Below are positions 17,387 to 20,000 of a stretch of 20,000 nt of DNA, piece after piece (position 1 is the stretch's first letter; each line of letters opens with the position of its first letter). The stretch lies in sequence record SRR31156797_6066. One strand, written 5' to 3'. The translations under genes and the position numbers were made by a program. A model generated the notes under the pieces. That model saw only the letters and a list, made by a program, of their open reading frames with translations. It was not told the DNA's origin and did not search any database.

Positions 17387-18154
17387 ATGAAATTGATAGA
17401 TACACATTCTCACATCTACTCAAAAGAGTTTAAGGAAGATATAAATGAAGTAATCCAGAGATCAAAAGACGCTGGGATTGAAAAGATTCTTTTACCCAAT
17501 ATCGATTCTGAATCAATAGAGGTAATGCATGCTTTAGTAAAAGCATACCCTAACTATTGTATTCCAATGATGGGATTGCATCCCACTTCAGTAAAAGAAA
17601 ACTTTAAAGAAGAATTAGCAACATGTAAAAGTTGGCTAGACAAAGGAAATTATTGTGCCATAGGTGAAATTGGAATTGATTTATATTGGGACAAAACCTT
17701 CCTAAAAGAACAACAAGAAAGTTTCGAAACACAAATCAATTGGGCATTACATTACAATTTACCCATTGTAATTCATGCAAGAGATTCATTTGATGAAATA
17801 TTCGAAGTTCTTGATAATTTTAAAAACTCAGAACTGAAAGGTGTTTTTCACAGTTTTACTGGCAATATTGAACAAGGGCAAAAAGCAATTGATTTAGGAT
17901 TTTTGCTTGGCATAAATGGAATTGTGACTTTTAAAAACGCTGGTTTAAATAAAACCGTTTGTCAACTTCCTTTAGAAAAATTACTATTGGAAACCGATGC
18001 TCCCTATCTTTCTCCTGTTCCTAAACGAGGAAAAAGAAATGAAAGTTCATACGTATTGCATACGGCACAAAAAATAGCAGATATCTTTCAAAAAGATATT
18101 GCAGAAATAGCTGAAATAACAGGTAGAAATGCAGAAAATTTATTCAAACTGTAA
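17387..18154 (+). CDS. tatD: TatD family hydrolase/DNase
   Basis: MKLIDTHSH start (ATG 17387; the ORF-track ATG at 17297 lies in the gdh terminator). GLHP, AIGEIGID, IH.R, FHSF and LETDAPYL motifs; promoter TAtgTTTG at 17359-17366. Confidence 0.95.
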   Translation: MKLIDTHSHIYSKEFKEDINEVIQRSKDAGIEKILLPNIDSESIEVMHALVKAYPNYCIPMMGLHPTSVKENFKEELATCKSWLDKGNYCAIGEIGIDLYWDKTFLKEQQESFETQINWALHYNLPIVIHARDSFDEIFEVLDNFKNSELKGVFHSFTGNIEQGQKAIDLGFLLGINGIVTFKNAGLNKTVCQLPLEKLLLETDAPYLSPVPKRGKRNESSYVLHTAQKIADIFQKDIAEIAEITGRNAENLFKL

Positions 18155-18167
18155 CTCTTTCTAAAAA

Positions 18168-19202
18168 ATGACAACTAAGAACACTTCTATACTCTTAATT
18201 TATACTGGTGGTACTATTGGTATGGTAAACGATCCTGTTTCAGGATCATTAATTCCATTTGATTTCGACCATATCATTAAGCAAGTACCAGAGCTAAATG
18301 AATTTGGTTACGAAATCAATTCAATTGCTTTTGATCCATTAATCGATTCTTCTAATCTAAATCCTAAAGTTTGGGTTAAAATTGCTGAGTTAATTAAAGA
18401 GAACTATGAAAGGTATGATGGTTTTGTGGTTCTACATGGAACCGACACAATGTCTTTTTCAGCATCAGCTTTAAGTTTCATGCTTGATAACTTACAAAAG
18501 CCAGTTATTTTAACGGGATCGCAACTCCCTATTGGTACATTAAGAACCGATGGGAAAGAAAATTTGATTACCGCAATAGAAATTGCCGCTGCCTATAAAA
18601 ACGGACAAGCAATGGTACCAGAGGTATGCATTGTATTCGAAAATCAACTATTCCGAGGAAATCGAACAACAAAGCACAATGCAGAGCACTTTAATGCCTT
18701 CTACTCGTACAATTATCCTGATTTGGCAAAAATCGGTATAAATATCAATTACAATTACTCTGCTATACATTACCCAAGTCAGCCAAGAAATTTGGAGATA
18801 TCTACCCAGATGAATCCAAATATTGCTATTCTAAAACTATTCCCAGGAATTACCAAGCAGGTGGTAGATGCAATATTAAATACTGAAGGCTTAAAAGGAG
18901 TAGTAATGGAAAGTTATGGGGCAGGAAATGCGCCAACCGATAAGTGGTTTATAAACTCTATTAAAGAAGCAATTGATAAAGGTATTATTATCTACAACAT
19001 TACTCAGTGTGCTGCAGGCAGTGTAGAAATGGGGCTTTATGAAACAAGCTTAGAGCTTCTAAATGTGGGAGTTGTGAGCGGCAGAGACATTACTACTGAG
19101 GCTGCAATTACCAAACTAATGTTTATTCTTGGCAAAAAGGTAAACCAAGAACAAACCAAATTGCTTTTAAATAAATCCTTAAAGGGCGAATTAAGCCAAT
19201 AG
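18168..19202 (+). CDS. ansA: Type I (cytoplasmic) L-asparaginase
   Basis: IYTGGTIGM, IDSS, HGTDTM, LTGSQLP, RGNR.TK and GRDITTEAAITKL motifs; no signal peptide. Confidence 0.94.
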   Translation: MTTKNTSILLIYTGGTIGMVNDPVSGSLIPFDFDHIIKQVPELNEFGYEINSIAFDPLIDSSNLNPKVWVKIAELIKENYERYDGFVVLHGTDTMSFSASALSFMLDNLQKPVILTGSQLPIGTLRTDGKENLITAIEIAAAYKNGQAMVPEVCIVFENQLFRGNRTTKHNAEHFNAFYSYNYPDLAKIGININYNYSAIHYPSQPRNLEISTQMNPNIAILKLFPGITKQVVDAILNTEGLKGVVMESYGAGNAPTDKWFINSIKEAIDKGIIIYNITQCAAGSVEMGLYETSLELLNVGVVSGRDITTEAAITKLMFILGKKVNQEQTKLLLNKSLKGELSQ

Positions 19203-19415
19203 AATATTTGTTTTTCACATTTTTTTTGTAATTTGGTGCACTGTTTAAAGCGTTCTATATTACATAAAACCCTAATGTGAGGGTACTTGAAATACAGATA
19301 AAGAAAGGCTTTTTAAATAATAACAAAGAAACAACTAAGTAATTAGTTGTTTATGAGATCGCAATCGTTTAAATTTGTAAAATAATTTCGTTAATTAAAA
19401 TTTGAAAAACAGACT

Positions 19416-20000
19416 ATGAAAAAGTTATTTGCATTTATAGCAGTTATCGGGATGCTAACTTTAGGAGCATCATCTTATGCAGTTGCTCAGGATGAGACAA
19501 CTACTGATACTACTCAAGTTGCTGAAGAGGTTACTGAAGAAGTTGTAGAGGAAGCTGCTCCAGTAATGGAAGAAGAAGTTATCGAAAGTACTTCTTTCCA
19601 CAAAGTGGTTAAGAAACAGTTCATCCAAGGTGGTGCTATGTTTATGAGCTTTGTATTGTTAGCTCTTATCTTAGGTTTGGCTCTTTCTATTGAAAGAATC
19701 ATTTACTTAAACATGTCAACAACTAACACTAGAAAGTTAATTGCTAATCTTGAAGATGCATTGAACAACGGTGGTGTTGAAGCGGCTAAAGAAGTTTGTA
19801 GAAATACTCGCGGTCCTATCGCAAGCATTTTCTATCAAGGTCTTGATCGTATCGATGAAGGTATCGAAGTGGTAGAAAAATCTGTTGTTTCTTACGGATC
19901 TGTACAGATGGGTCTTTTAGAAAAAGGTCTTTCTTGGATTTCTTTGATGATTGGTTTGGCTCCTATGTTAGGATTTATGGGTACTGTAATCGGTATGATT
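19416..20000 (+). CDS. exbB: MotA/TolQ/ExbB proton-channel protein (3' end outside window; absent from the ORF track)
   Basis: Own translation from ATG 19416: MKKLFAFIAVIGMLTLG..AVAQ signal, acidic linker, FIQGG..FM, IERIIYL, VCRNTRGP.ASIF.QGL and APMLGFMGTVIGMI; open to the window end with highly expressed codon bias. Confidence 0.92.
   Translation, partial: MKKLFAFIAVIGMLTLGASSYAVAQDETTTDTTQVAEEVTEEVVEEAAPVMEEEVIESTSFHKVVKKQFIQGGAMFMSFVLLALILGLALSIERIIYLNMSTTNTRKLIANLEDALNNGGVEAAKEVCRNTRGPIASIFYQGLDRIDEGIEVVEKSVVSYGSVQMGLLEKGLSWISLMIGLAPMLGFMGTVIGMI

Noticed and set aside
19514..19702. 62-aa minus-strand ORF
   Set aside because: Antisense to the real exbB gene starting at 19416.

Overview
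AT-rich chromosomal window from a Bacteroidota genome. The phylum call rests on repeated TAnnTTTG -7 promoter boxes, A-rich leaders without Shine-Dalgarno sites, Bacteroidota-type TadA/PlsC/ExbB sequences and tatD-ansA-exbB synteny; a marine Marinifilaceae/Marinilabiliales-like host is an inference. Most of the window is housekeeping: M28 peptidase (partial), DUF4149-like membrane protein, YugP-type Zn peptidase, PlsC-like acyltransferase, aspS, tadA, deoD, aroA, apt, dprA, glutamate dehydrogenase, tatD, type I asparaginase and a partial exbB/motA gene missing from the ORF track. I see no rRNA, tRNA, CRISPR array, transposase or phage gene. Best candidates for follow-up: (1) a two-gene surface-glycosylation cassette whose GT-C membrane glycosyltransferase carries C-terminal MORN repeats, next to a polyprenol-phosphate GT2; (2) a GC-rich leader of apt with two mutually exclusive pairings, plus a second structured leader before deoD, both purine-salvage genes; (3) three separately terminated small genes, one with a tandem-repeat operator; (4) a sigma54-like promoter before the YugP peptidase. 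All are hypotheses from reading the sequence by eye; no search or folding program was run, and I cannot claim a new system with confidence.
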